From: Deltaproteobacteria bacterium HGW-Deltaproteobacteria-14
GTDB lineage: Bacteria > Myxococcota_A > UBA9042 > PHBI01
Length of the DNA: 64,000 nt
Direction of reading: 5' to 3'
Assembly (NCBI GenBank): GCA_002841945.1
Contig: PHBI01000012.1
Coordinates: forward strand, 4,169 to 68,168
Part shown: positions 27,660 to 42,988 of the stretch, piece after piece
Layout of the letters: the number at the start of each line of letters is the position of its first letter
Position numbering within the stretch: the stretch's first letter is position 1
The notes under the pieces: generated by a model
The model's input: the letters and a program-made list of their open reading frames with translations, nothing else
What the model was told of the DNA's origin: nothing
Databases searched by the model: none
Made by a program: the position numbers and the translations under genes

Positions 27660-27745
27660 GGACGCGTTACCGTAACGCGGCCCTCTGCGAAACGCCACAG
27701 GAACGTGAATCATGCCTGCGTTACGCCGGGCTGTAACTCACGTTT
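27660..27745. promoter_or_regulatory. Divergent promoter region with GTTAC/GTAAC palindromes, candidate operator(s).
   Basis: GCGTTAC-C-GTAACGC (7-bp arms) near 27665-27680. A second pair GCGTTAC-gccgggct-GTAACTC at about 27715-27740. TCATGCGC is directly repeated twice. Lies between the divergent starts at 27571(-) and 27828(+). Confidence 0.4.
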
Positions 27746-27827
27746 CATGCGCGCTATCATGCGCCGCGGTGCCTGCGGGGGGACCCCGAGGGCCCGTGGC
27801 GTGAGCCAGAGACGCTGGGAGCGAGCG

Positions 27828-29636
<1,809 letters not shown>

Positions 29637-29694
29637 CGCGCGAGCTTGCGCGTCGCGGCCAGCGCTGCTCGAGAGGGCAGGGGAGGTCGACGAG

Positions 29695-32600
29695 ATGAAG
29701 AGCCCGAGCACCTGGATCCGCCTGGCCCTGGGGGCCACGCTGGCGTTTGCCGCCTGCGGCGACGACGCCAAGCCCGTGAGCGACACGAGCGCCGACACCG
29801 GCGCCGACACCGAGGGCGACGTGGTTGACGACGCGACGGACACGAGCGTCGTGGACACGAGCGAGGCCGACACGACGCCGGTGGCGACGCTCGGGGTCAT
29901 CCGGGCGTGGTCTCAGGACGGGAGCTGGGTGCGGGTGCGCTTCGCGACCGCGCCCGATCCCGAGACGGTCAACGTGAGCGCGTTCATGGTGGCGGCGCCG
30001 AACGACGCCGAGGCGACCATCACCGGCGTGACGCTCGACGGCGCGACCGCGACCGCGACCCTGGCCATCGACCCGCCGCTCGACGCGGCGACGCCGTACG
30101 AGGTGACCATCACCGGCGTGGCGGACGCGCAGGGTAATGGCCTGGCCGGCGGCAGCTGGGTCGGCGAGGTCAAGGCGACGGTCTACCTCAACCTGGTGTG
30201 GCACCAGCACCAGCCGTCCTATCTGGACCCCGGCAAGGACGAGCTGCAGGGGCCGTGGGTGCGCAAGCACGCCACCAAGGACTACTTCGACATGACGGCG
30301 ATGGTCGCCGGCTACCCGAAGGTCCACTTCAACGTGAACCTGACCTCGTCGCTCCTCAACCAGCTCGACCTCTACGTCGAGCGCCTCGCGCCGTATGTCA
30401 ATGTGGTTGACAATGCCGTCGACGAGGCCGGGTTTCTCGGGGCCTGGCGCGGCAACACCGACCCGTGGGTCGACCTCCTGCTCGACGACACGCCGGCCAT
30501 CGAGGCGCTGACCGACGTCGAGCGTGACCGCTTCTACGCCGGCGTGTGGTCGTGCAAGAGCATCGCCGAGCCGCTGCGCGCCTTCTTCCCAGAGTACGCG
30601 GCGCTCCTCGCCAAGGACAGCGCGACCTACACGCAGCAGGACCTGGCGCTGCTCAAGGTGTGGTTCGAGCTGGCGTGGATGGACCCGGGCTTCCTCGACG
30701 GCCCGGTAACGGTCTACGACGACGGCGCCGCCGTCGTCGTAGACCTGTCGGACGTCGTGACCAAGGGCAGCGACGGGACCTACACCCTCGCCGCCGGCCT
30801 CGACGACGTGGCGGCGCTCGAGGCGCTGGCCAACCGGCTCGTGGCCGAGAACTTCAAGATCATGAAGGGGGTCTTCGAGATCCATAGGCAGCTCGGCTGG
30901 ACCGGGACGAGCGGCCAGGTCGAGGTGCTGACGACGCCGTTCTTCCACCCCATCCTGCCGCTGCTCTTCGACACCGATCTGGCCGCCGAGGGTCAGCCCG
31001 CCGACACGCTGCCCGACCCGGCCTTCGCCTACCCGGGGGACGCCACGCTGCAGGTCGCGATGGCGGTCGAGTACTACACCCGCCGCTTCGGGCACGCGCC
31101 GCGCGGGATGTGGCCGTCGGAGGGCTCGGTCGCCGAGGAGGTCGTGCCGGCCTTCCGCGACAACGGCATCGACTGGATCGCGACCGACCGCCAGGTGCTC
31201 GAGAAGGGCAAGCCCGGCGCGAGCCACCTCCAGGCCTGGCACGTCGACTCCGACACCGTCGTCGGCGACGGTGGCGACACCAGCGACGACGTCATGATCG
31301 TCTTCCGCGACACCGACCTGTCCGACAAGGTCGGCTTCTTCTACCAGTCGAACCCGCCCGAGGAGAACGCCGCGGACTTCGTGGTCGAGGTCGAGAGCTC
31401 GGCGGGAGCGTGGGGTTCGCCGCGGCGCCTGCTGAGCGTCATCCTCGACGGCGAGAACGCGTGGGAGTGGTACACCAAAGACCACGACGCCACGCGGTTC
31501 CTCGCCGGGGCGTACGCGGGGCTCGAGGCGGCCTACGACGAGGGGTCGGTCATCACCGTGACCGGCAGCGAGTACATCGACGGCGACGCGGCGCGGGACG
31601 TCGCGGCGCACCCCATCGCGAGCCTGCCCGAGTACGAGGACCTGTGGCCGGGCTCGTGGATCGGCGGGCGCTTCGACACCTGGATCGGTGAGGTCGAGGA
31701 GAACCTCGGCTGGAACTACCTCAAGGTGGCGCGCGACGACATCGAGGCGGCCAAGGCCGTGCTGGTGCCGATCCTCGGGATGCCGGCGAGCTACCTCGAC
31801 GCGCCGGACGCGAGCGAGGCGGCGAAGCTGGCGTGGTGGCGGGCGTGGCGCGCGATGTTGAGCGCCGAGGGGTCGGACTGGTTCTGGTGGTACGGGTCGG
31901 ACCAGACCTCGGCCGGCGGCGACGACTCGCCGTTCGACGACATCTACCGCTCGCAGCTGCGGGCGATGTACCAGTTCCTCAACGAGGCGCTGACGTTGTC
32001 GGGGCAGGCGGAGGTCGATGTTCCGGCCTTCCCGCCGATCCTGCAGCCGGCGCCGGCGATCATGACCGGCCCGTTCAGCACCCTGCCGGTGCTCGACGGG
32101 CTGCTCACCCCCGGCGACAGCGAGTGGACCCCGCCGGGCGGGCTCTTCTACGACAACGACACCGCCGGGGCGATCGACGATCCGGACGACGACATCGGGC
32201 GCGTGTTCTACGGCTACCACCCCTTCCAGAGCGGTCGCTGGTACCTCGCGATCGAGCTCAAGGAGGACCTGTCGGCCAAGCTCGGGACCAACTATCAGCT
32301 GGTCGTCTACGCGAGCGCGCAGACGACCGACACCTCGGGCGGGACGCCGGTGGTGACGACGCTGCCGTTCAACACGACGACCGCCGAGGGCGAGACCATC
32401 GCGTTCCAGTCGGGCGGGCCGGCGCGGCGCGTCGCCATCGACTTCTCCGGGAGCGCGCCAGCGGTGACGCTGCAGAACGCCGACGGGAGCGGCGGCTGGG
32501 ACACGGTGGCGAACACGGTGCTCGTCGGCGGGCCGGCCGACGGCGGCGCGCTCATCGAGCTGAGGGTGCTCTTGACGGACCTCGGGATGAGCCTGGGCGA

Positions 32601-33132
32601 TCCGCTCGAGATGGCCATCGTCGCCATCGACGACGGCGTGGTGGTCGACACGGCGCCGAACCTCGGGACGCAGATCGTCTTCGCCGATCCGAGCAAGCTC
32701 GTGAACGTCATCCTCGAGGTCGACGCGACGGGGACGGACATCCCGCTGAGCACGTACTCGAGCATCCAGGACCCGCCGCCACCGGCCGGCACCGGCGTGG
32801 TGTCGATCGTGGGCAACCAGGAGGCCTTCGGCAACTGGTCGCCGAACATGGTCCCGATGAAGGACGACGGGGTAGCGCCCGATACGACCGCCGGAGACAA
32901 CGTCTGGACCATCGCCTTCGACTTCGTGCCGGGGACGGACCTCCAGTATAAGTACACCTGCGGCCACGAGGGCGAGAGCTGGGGCGGCACCGAGGAGTAC
33001 CCGCTGACCAACCGCGGCTACCCGGTCCCCGCGAGCGGCGTCCACCGCGTGCGCGTCCACGACGTCTTCGCCGACCGGCCCGAGCCGTCGGGCAGCGTGG
33101 CGCCGAGCACGGTCGTGACCATCGAGGAGTAG
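29695..33132 (+). CDS. GH57-family glycoside hydrolase lipoprotein (alpha-amylase / amylopullulanase / 4-alpha-glucanotransferase type) with a C-terminal CBM20-like starch-binding domain.
   Basis: Lipobox LAFAACGDDAKP plus a D/T-rich linker. GH57 N-terminal signature VYLNLVWHQHQPSY. 1145 aa. C-terminus FGNWSPNMVPMKDDG...AGDNVWTIAFDFVPGTDLQYKYTCGHEGESWGGTEEYPLTNRGYPVPASG follows the CBM20 layout. Confidence 0.9.
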   Translation: MKSPSTWIRLALGATLAFAACGDDAKPVSDTSADTGADTEGDVVDDATDTSVVDTSEADTTPVATLGVIRAWSQDGSWVRVRFATAPDPETVNVSAFMVAAPNDAEATITGVTLDGATATATLAIDPPLDAATPYEVTITGVADAQGNGLAGGSWVGEVKATVYLNLVWHQHQPSYLDPGKDELQGPWVRKHATKDYFDMTAMVAGYPKVHFNVNLTSSLLNQLDLYVERLAPYVNVVDNAVDEAGFLGAWRGNTDPWVDLLLDDTPAIEALTDVERDRFYAGVWSCKSIAEPLRAFFPEYAALLAKDSATYTQQDLALLKVWFELAWMDPGFLDGPVTVYDDGAAVVVDLSDVVTKGSDGTYTLAAGLDDVAALEALANRLVAENFKIMKGVFEIHRQLGWTGTSGQVEVLTTPFFHPILPLLFDTDLAAEGQPADTLPDPAFAYPGDATLQVAMAVEYYTRRFGHAPRGMWPSEGSVAEEVVPAFRDNGIDWIATDRQVLEKGKPGASHLQAWHVDSDTVVGDGGDTSDDVMIVFRDTDLSDKVGFFYQSNPPEENAADFVVEVESSAGAWGSPRRLLSVILDGENAWEWYTKDHDATRFLAGAYAGLEAAYDEGSVITVTGSEYIDGDAARDVAAHPIASLPEYEDLWPGSWIGGRFDTWIGEVEENLGWNYLKVARDDIEAAKAVLVPILGMPASYLDAPDASEAAKLAWWRAWRAMLSAEGSDWFWWYGSDQTSAGGDDSPFDDIYRSQLRAMYQFLNEALTLSGQAEVDVPAFPPILQPAPAIMTGPFSTLPVLDGLLTPGDSEWTPPGGLFYDNDTAGAIDDPDDDIGRVFYGYHPFQSGRWYLAIELKEDLSAKLGTNYQLVVYASAQTTDTSGGTPVVTTLPFNTTTAEGETIAFQSGGPARRVAIDFSGSAPAVTLQNADGSGGWDTVANTVLVGGPADGGALIELRVLLTDLGMSLGDPLEMAIVAIDDGVVVDTAPNLGTQIVFADPSKLVNVILEVDATGTDIPLSTYSSIQDPPPPAGTGVVSIVGNQEAFGNWSPNMVPMKDDGVAPDTTAGDNVWTIAFDFVPGTDLQYKYTCGHEGESWGGTEEYPLTNRGYPVPASGVHRVRVHDVFADRPEPSGSVAPSTVVTIEE

Positions 33133-33231
33133 CCCGGCCGCCCACCTCCGGCGCCGGCGGGCGCAGCGTGTCGCGGGCGGCTGGGGGACGCATCCGCCGC
33201 CCCCCGCCGCCCCCCGCCGCGCCCCGCAAAC

Positions 33232-33264
33232 CCACCCCCACCCTCATCTGGGTGGGGGGTGGGC
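33232..33264. terminator. Strong GC hairpin in a convergent intergenic region. Bidirectional terminator candidate.
   Basis: CCCACCCCCACCC-TCATCT-GGGTGGGGGGTGGG, a 13-bp stem with a one-G bulge, lying between the convergent 3' ends at 33132(+) and 33500(-). Preceded by CCGCCGCCCCC direct repeats. Confidence 0.5.
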
Positions 33265-33499
33265 TGATCAAGATGCGTTCCACTGCCGTGATTTCGGGGG
33301 GTTATTCCGGAGTGCGGCACACCGGAACCCGAATGGGACACCGTGGACGCCGGTTTGGGCCGTGAGGTGCGGGGGGCGATGTCCCTTCGCCGGGGTTGGC
33401 GGACCCCACCATCAGGGCCAGCGCCCGGCGCGGCCTCGGGCCCGAGGCGGGGCCCGTCCGTTGTCATCTGTGGTCGTCGTGACCGCTGACCGTGGGGCG

Positions 33500-34534
33500 C
33501 TACCAGGTCGGGGGGAGCAGCACGATGCGCGTCAGGAGGCCCTCGGGCGCGAGCGGCTCGAAGGTGCCGATCGCGTAGGTCAGAGCGATCTCTCCGGCCG
33601 CTCCGTCGAGGGCGGGGACGAAGCTCATCGCGCCGCAGAAGGCGCCCGCGGGGACCTCGCAGCGGGTCACCGGCACCGCGGGTGACCACGGGCCGCTCGG
33701 GCCGAGGCCGGTGCGGACGAAGACCGCGCCCCCGAGCGGGGTCGCGTAGGCGACGAGCACGCGGCCCTCGGGCAGGAGTCGCGCCGTCAGCCCGCGCCCG
33801 CCCTCGAACAGCGGCCAGGCGTCGTCGGGATCGCTCGCGAAGGCGTCCCCGTCCCGGTAGAAGCCCCACGCGGTCGGGTCGTCGAGCGCGGCGAGCGGCG
33901 CGCGCGCGACAAAGCAGCTGTCGGTCAGAAACCCGGACTCCGCGCAGCCGTAGGCGTAGACGTGGCCGTCGACCACGATCGCCGCGTCGCCGTAGCTCGG
34001 TCGCCCCGGGGCGAAGAGGTAGCGCTCTCCCGCGACGAACACGCCGCTCGCGCGGTCCCAGCGGGCGAGCCCCGTCCCGACCGCGTCGAACCCGTGCGCC
34101 GTCCGCACGAAGGCGTAGACGTCGGCGCCGGCCGCGAACACCGCGAGGAAGCCGCCGGTCCCGCTCGGCGTCAGCGCGGACACGTCGAGCCCGGAGACGG
34201 CCGCGCTCGCGTCGGACGCCAGCGGGACGCCGCACGCCGCGCCAGAGTCCTGTGGCACCGCGACATAGACCGCGTTGTCGAGCTTCAGCGGCGTCGTTGA
34301 CGCGCGTTGCAGTGCGTCCGCGACGACCAGCGTCCCGCCCCCTGGGGCGTTCAGGGCCCGGAGCCGCCCGCGGACGCCCATGAGGTCCGGCGGGCGCGCC
34401 AGGACCGGGCAGCTCGGGAGCGTCGTGACGGCGTCGTCCGCAGCCGGCGTGGCGCGCGGGTCGTCGAGGGAGACGGCGCACCCGGCGAGACCGAGCGCGA
34501 GCGCCGCCAAGAGCCGCCGGTCAACGAAAGACAT
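33500..34534 (-). CDS. Lipoprotein that is a paralog of the DUF4185-like protein at 35438..36520.
   Basis: Signal and lipobox MSFVDRRLLAALALGLAGC. Shares the C-terminal pattern VVDGHVYAYGC..GFLTDSCFVARAPL with the paralog's [23 protein letters not shown]. Its start overlaps the upstream gene end by 14 nt. Confidence 0.7.
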   Translation of the reverse strand: MSFVDRRLLAALALGLAGCAVSLDDPRATPAADDAVTTLPSCPVLARPPDLMGVRGRLRALNAPGGGTLVVADALQRASTTPLKLDNAVYVAVPQDSGAACGVPLASDASAAVSGLDVSALTPSGTGGFLAVFAAGADVYAFVRTAHGFDAVGTGLARWDRASGVFVAGERYLFAPGRPSYGDAAIVVDGHVYAYGCAESGFLTDSCFVARAPLAALDDPTAWGFYRDGDAFASDPDDAWPLFEGGRGLTARLLPEGRVLVAYATPLGGAVFVRTGLGPSGPWSPAVPVTRCEVPAGAFCGAMSFVPALDGAAGEIALTYAIGTFEPLAPEGLLTRIVLLPPTW

Positions 34535-35441
34535 GGCGCACCCCGACCGAGAAGCGGAGCTCGCGGCGGTTGATCAGCAGCCCCTTGCCGTTGCCGGCGT
34601 CCAGCGACAGAAACGGCAGGAGCTCGCCGGCGTCACCGGGGAACGCGACGCCGAGGATCCCGCGCAAGAAGTAGCCCTCCGCGGCGCTGTCGTCGCTCGG
34701 GATGAGCCCCTCGAAGAAGAGGCGCGCGACCGGCTGCACCGACGCGCACGCCGCCCAGCGGACCCCGATCGCCAGGCTCGGTTGGTGGGCCAGCCCCTCG
34801 TCGAGGAAGGTCGCGACGTCCTGGGACTCCGCCCGCGCCCCGAACATCAGCGGCCAGCCGTTGGTGAAGATGCGGTCGGCGAGGCGCACGTTCACAACCC
34901 AGGCGTCTGCGAGGCGGAGGCGCCAGGCGACGTCCACGCCGAGCCACAGCCCGCCCCCACCGAACGGGATGTCCTCGGGACCGAAGGGCAGGTCCACGCG
35001 GTCCGACGCGGCGGCGACCAGCTCGCGCGAGCGCTCGACGCCGAGCTCGACCCCGATCTCGAAGGCGCCGCCTGCGCCGAAGACCGGCGTCATGTCGAAC
35101 GTGAAGGCGCCGCCGAGGGTGCCGACCACCCGGGCCAGCTCGTCGGGGAAGGCGCCCTTGGCGTGGGCGTCCTCGAGCGCCACGAGCCCGGACAGCGCCA
35201 GATGCACGCCGACGCCGACGCCGCCGTCGCCGTCCCCGGGCCACGTCACGAGGCCGAGGGTCTGGCCGAGAGACAGCTGCGCCCGCGGACCCCAGGCGTA
35301 CTCCAGCACCGGCGCGTCCCGCGACGCGGTGTCGGCGAGCGGGACGGCGCGCGTTACCCCGGGGAGCCAGGTCGGCGCTGCGTGGGCGGCCGCCGGGACG
35401 GCGCACGAGAGCGCCAGCAACGTCGCGGTCCAGCGCCTCAT
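34521..35441 (-). CDS. Secreted beta-rich protein, probably an outer-membrane beta-barrel. Hypothetical.
   Basis: The 648-aa track ORF 34521..36467 is split. The ATG at 35441 gives the signal peptide [22 protein letters not shown] plus 285 aa with alternating hydrophobic strands. ATGA overlap with the stop of 35438..36520. Confidence 0.65.
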   Translation of the reverse strand: MRRWTATLLALSCAVPAAAHAAPTWLPGVTRAVPLADTASRDAPVLEYAWGPRAQLSLGQTLGLVTWPGDGDGGVGVGVHLALSGLVALEDAHAKGAFPDELARVVGTLGGAFTFDMTPVFGAGGAFEIGVELGVERSRELVAAASDRVDLPFGPEDIPFGGGGLWLGVDVAWRLRLADAWVVNVRLADRIFTNGWPLMFGARAESQDVATFLDEGLAHQPSLAIGVRWAACASVQPVARLFFEGLIPSDDSAAEGYFLRGILGVAFPGDAGELLPFLSLDAGNGKGLLINRRELRFSVGVRHVFR

Positions 35442-36520
35442 TCGGGCCTCACGCGGGCGAAGAACGGGAAGTAGTACACCCCGTCGAGGGAGGCGGGGGC
35501 GTCGTCGAAGGCGCTCGGCACGTAGGTGACGACGAGGTCGCCGCCGCCGTCGAGCTCCGGGTGCGCCTTGGCGGCGTAGACGAACGCGCCGTCCCGGCTC
35601 GCCTCCGGCGGCCGAAACACGACCGTCGGTTCGCTCCACGGGCCCTCGAGGTCCGGCGCGGCCCGCCACACGACAGGCGCCGCGCCGAAGCCGCCGCTCG
35701 CCACCCACAGCCAGCGCTGCAGCGTCGCGTCGAAGTGCACCGAGAACTCCGGCGCCCCGGGCGAGAACAAGGTCGCGGGGGTGCAGTCGGTCGCCCAGCG
35801 CGCGCCCCCGCAGTACGCCTCTGGCGCCGACAGGTCTCCCGCCGCGGCCGCAGCCACCGTGAATCGCGCCAGCGTCACCGCGTGGCGGTCCCCAGAGGTC
35901 CCGTAGGCGTAGAGGTGGTCGCCGACGACGACGCACGCCTCGCCGAGCGCCCCGGAGATGGACGGCCCGCCCGCGGGCAGCGTCGCCGGGGTGATCACCC
36001 AGGCGCTGGGCGGATCGTCGGGGTTCGAGACCAGCGCCGCCGTCCAGCCGTCGCCGGCGAAGCTCCACGGCCCGGGCTCGCCCTCGTCGTGGAGCAGCTC
36101 GAAGAACAGCACGAGCGTGGCGCCGACCCGCGCCCCGTGCGCCGGCCACAGCCAGCTCGCGTCGCTCGGCTCGGGGAAGAACGAGCGCGGCTCGCCGTCG
36201 TCGGTGCGCCAATAGTGACGGACATAGGCGCTGAGCGGGTCGCGCCCGGTCTGCAGCGCCACGCTGTTGCGGAGGAAGGCCGCGCCCTGGTGCGGGCGCT
36301 CGCGGTCCCGCGCGACCAGGGTGTCGCCGAAGAGCCACAGCACGCGCTCGCCGCCGAGGTCGATGGAGTACGCGCCGTCGGCCCCGATGAAGCGCGCGTC
36401 GCGGTGAAAGAGCGCGTTCGCCTCGGGCCAGGCGGCGCCGCGGCCCGCGGGCGCCGGGTCCGTGCACGCCGCGCAGGTCGCGGCGATCAGGATCCCGGTG
36501 AACGCCCGCGCGCGGCGCAT
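35438..36520 (-). CDS. DUF4185-family lipoprotein, predicted beta-propeller glycosidase-like.
   Basis: Lipobox IAATCAAC. The motif [10 protein letters not shown] is characteristic of DUF4185. 360 aa. Lies 4 bp downstream of the pullulanase gene on the same strand. Confidence 0.7.
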   Translation of the reverse strand: MRRARAFTGILIAATCAACTDPAPAGRGAAWPEANALFHRDARFIGADGAYSIDLGGERVLWLFGDTLVARDRERPHQGAAFLRNSVALQTGRDPLSAYVRHYWRTDDGEPRSFFPEPSDASWLWPAHGARVGATLVLFFELLHDEGEPGPWSFAGDGWTAALVSNPDDPPSAWVITPATLPAGGPSISGALGEACVVVGDHLYAYGTSGDRHAVTLARFTVAAAAAGDLSAPEAYCGGARWATDCTPATLFSPGAPEFSVHFDATLQRWLWVASGGFGAAPVVWRAAPDLEGPWSEPTVVFRPPEASRDGAFVYAAKAHPELDGGGDLVVTYVPSAFDDAPASLDGVYYFPFFARVRPE

Positions 36521-36524
36521 CAGC

Positions 36525-40094
<3,570 letters not shown>

Positions 40095-40246
40095 GGCGAG
40101 ACTCTACACCGACGCCCACCGTTGACCATCCAAGAGTCACGGTTTTTCCCGCTCGCCCCGCTTGTCTTTGTCTCGAGGGCCGCGCTCTTCTATGCTCGGC
40201 GCCGTGGCGGGGCGTCCGGCCCCGCCCGTGCCCGCGTGGAGCCAAG

Positions 40247-42913
40247 ATGCGCTCGTCTCTCGTCGCCGTGTGCCCGCTCGTCCTCCTCCTCGTCGCGGCC
40301 GGCTGCGGTGACGACACGGTCGCGTCCCCTGACGGGGCCGGCGGCGACACGACCGTCACCTCGGACACCGCCATGGAGGAGGGCGACGGGGCGGTGGCCA
40401 CCGACACCCACGACGTGCTGGTGACGACCTGCCTCGCCCCCGAGGGCGCCGACCCGAGCGGGACCGATGTGCTGACCGACGACCTCGGCGAGGCCACCGT
40501 CAACGTCGCCGATCGCGACGCCTGCCACCGCACCTACACCCTGACCTCGACCGCGACCCGCCGCGACGACCTGCCGGCGTCTCCGCGGTCGGTCGTCGAG
40601 GAGGCGGGCTACCCGACCCTGCGCAGCGGCAACGACCTGCTCGACGCCCTGCACGCCCTCGCGCTCGCCGAGGCGCGCGAGAACATGGTCGACACCATCA
40701 CCGACGGCGCCTTCTCGCAGGGCGGCGCGACCTCCTGCGGCGACGGCGGCTGCTTCGAGACCGGGCGCAAGTGGACTTATGTCTGGACCCGCGACACCGC
40801 CTTCGCGGTCGATCTCGGGCTGGCCGCCGTCGATCCCGCCCGGGCGGCGAACTCGCTCCGCTTCAAGCTCTCCGCGCGGCGCTCGGGCGGCGACGTGCAG
40901 ATCGTGCAGGACACGGGCTCGGGCGGGAGCTACCCGGTCTCGAGCGATCGCGTCGCCTGGGCGCTCGGCGCCTGGACGCTGCTGCAGCAGCTCGACGGCG
41001 CGGCGCGCACGAGCTTCGGCGACGACGCCCGGGCGGCGATCACGAACACCCTCGAGCACGATCGCGCCGTCGTCTTCGACGTGGCGACCGGCCTCTACCG
41101 CGGCGAGACGTCGTTTCTCGACTGGCGCCAGCAGACCTACCCCGGCTGGACCGAGCTCGACGTCACCGACATCGCCACCAGCGCCGCGCTGAGCACCAAC
41201 GTGCTGCACCTGCGCGCCCTCGAGATCGCCGCCGCGCTGCACGCCGAGGCCGGCGACGACACCGCCGCCGCCCGCTACAGCGGCTGGGCGGACGCCCTGC
41301 GGACGGCCATCCACGACCGCCTCTGGGTCGAGTCCGACGGGCTCTTCGCGAGCTTCCTGCCCAGCACCCTCGATCCGGCGCCGGTCCACCGCTACGACCT
41401 GCTCGGCGAGGCCCTCGCGGTGCTCGCCGGCGTCGCCAGCCCCGACGAGGCGCGCCGCGTCCTCGCCGCCTACCCGAGCTACGGCCCCGGGACGCCGGTC
41501 ATCTGGCCGCAGCAGCAGAACATCTCCATCTATCACAACCGCGCCGAGTGGCCCTTCGTCGACGCCTACTGGCTGCGCGCCGCCGCGGTCGCCAAGAGCG
41601 ACGGCGTCGCCGACAAGATGGTGGCCGCGCTCGTGCGCGGCGCGGCGCTCAACCTGTCGAACATGGAGAACCTCGAGGCCTGGACCGGCGCCCCCTACGT
41701 CGAGGACGGGCTCTACTCGGGGCCGGTCGTGAACTCCCAGCGCCAGCTGTGGTCGGTCGGCGCCTTCCTCTCCATGGTGCACCGCACGCTGTTTGGCCTC
41801 GAGCCGACCCCGGAGGGCCTGAAGATCGCGCCCTACGTCACCCACGGCATGCGGCGGACGTGGTTCGCGGGCAGCGACGAGCTAGTGCTCAACGACTTCG
41901 CCTACCGCGGGCGCCGGGTGACCGTGGTGGTGAGCCTGCCGCCGCCGTCTGGGGCGTCGGCCGGCGGCTCGTACCGCGTTGCACAGGTGCGCCTCGACGG
42001 GCAGCTCGTCACCGAGCCGGTGATCGCGCCCGCGCGCCTCGCCGTGTCGAACCGGGTCGACGTCGCCCTCGAGGAGGACCCCGAGGCGGTCCCCACGACC
42101 GCGCGGGAGGTCGACGGGGCCGCCTGGCAGCAGGTCTTCGGGCCGCGGACCCCGCAGCTCAAGAGCGTCAGCGCCGTCGGCGACCGGCTCTCCCTCGAGC
42201 TCGGCCTCGGCGGCGAGGACCCGGCCGGGCTCCTGCTCCACGTCTATCGGGACGGCGTGCCGGTCGCGAGCGGGCTCCCCGCGACGACCAGCAGCTGGAC
42301 CGATCCCGACTCCGATCCAGCGGCGCCGACCTCGCCGTGCTACGCGGTCGAGGCGTCGTTCACCGCCAGCGGCAACCGCTCGCAGCACTCCCGCCCCGTC
42401 TGCTGGTGGGGGAGCTCCAACGCCGCGATCCAGACCGTCGACGCCGGGGCCTTCGAGGCGGTCGGGGGCGAGGCCGTCACGCAGTACGGGCGCTTCCACT
42501 ACCAGGAGTGGGGTGACGAGGGGGACACGCTGACGGCGCGCGGCTTGCACCCCGCGCGCACCGGGCCGGCGTGGCTCCAGGTGCGCTTCGGCAACGGCGC
42601 TGGGCCGATCAACACCGGCATCACCTGCGCGGTGAAGCGGGTGACGGTGTTCGACGAGGCGAGCGGCGACGAGGTGGGGGGCGGCGTGCTGGTGATGCCG
42701 CAGCTCGGCACCTGGGAGCGGTGGTCCTTGTCGACCTTCGTGCCGGTGACCCTGGACGCGGCGAAGAGCTACCGCGTCGTCATCTCCGGCGACGCGCGGA
42801 CGGTGAACATGTCGTTCTTCTCGCACTTCGCGCACTACAACGGCGGGACCGGCGGCAGCGACGGCCCGTTCGACCGCGTGAACATCGCCGAGCTGCGGAT
42901 CCTGGCCCGCTGA
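40247..42913 (+). CDS. (alpha/alpha)6-barrel glycoside hydrolase lipoprotein, GH15/GH63-like (glucoamylase / glucodextranase / debranching type), with a C-terminal beta-sandwich carbohydrate-binding-like domain.
   Basis: Lipobox LLLVAAGCGDD. KWTYVWTRDTAFAVDL resembles the GH15 YTWTRDS region. 888 aa. The C-terminal approximately 200 aa (...VTVFDEASGDEVGGGVLVMPQLGTWERWS...) look like a CBM-like beta-sandwich. Confidence 0.7.
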   Translation: MRSSLVAVCPLVLLLVAAGCGDDTVASPDGAGGDTTVTSDTAMEEGDGAVATDTHDVLVTTCLAPEGADPSGTDVLTDDLGEATVNVADRDACHRTYTLTSTATRRDDLPASPRSVVEEAGYPTLRSGNDLLDALHALALAEARENMVDTITDGAFSQGGATSCGDGGCFETGRKWTYVWTRDTAFAVDLGLAAVDPARAANSLRFKLSARRSGGDVQIVQDTGSGGSYPVSSDRVAWALGAWTLLQQLDGAARTSFGDDARAAITNTLEHDRAVVFDVATGLYRGETSFLDWRQQTYPGWTELDVTDIATSAALSTNVLHLRALEIAAALHAEAGDDTAAARYSGWADALRTAIHDRLWVESDGLFASFLPSTLDPAPVHRYDLLGEALAVLAGVASPDEARRVLAAYPSYGPGTPVIWPQQQNISIYHNRAEWPFVDAYWLRAAAVAKSDGVADKMVAALVRGAALNLSNMENLEAWTGAPYVEDGLYSGPVVNSQRQLWSVGAFLSMVHRTLFGLEPTPEGLKIAPYVTHGMRRTWFAGSDELVLNDFAYRGRRVTVVVSLPPPSGASAGGSYRVAQVRLDGQLVTEPVIAPARLAVSNRVDVALEEDPEAVPTTAREVDGAAWQQVFGPRTPQLKSVSAVGDRLSLELGLGGEDPAGLLLHVYRDGVPVASGLPATTSSWTDPDSDPAAPTSPCYAVEASFTASGNRSQHSRPVCWWGSSNAAIQTVDAGAFEAVGGEAVTQYGRFHYQEWGDEGDTLTARGLHPARTGPAWLQVRFGNGAGPINTGITCAVKRVTVFDEASGDEVGGGVLVMPQLGTWERWSLSTFVPVTLDAAKSYRVVISGDARTVNMSFFSHFAHYNGGTGGSDGPFDRVNIAELRILAR

Positions 42914-42988
42914 AGTCCCGCGAGCGCGGTCTCGGCGTTGCGTCGAACGGCCTCGCCGTGGACCATGGTGACGGACCCCAGCACGAGG

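Noticed and set aside
34521-36467. 648-aa ORF (-) treated as a single gene.
   Set aside because: Its N-terminal half is a frame-shifted shadow of the DUF4185 gene 35438..36520. An internal ATG at 35441 gives a clean signal peptide and sits in an ATGA overlap with the DUF4185 stop, so it was split into two genes.
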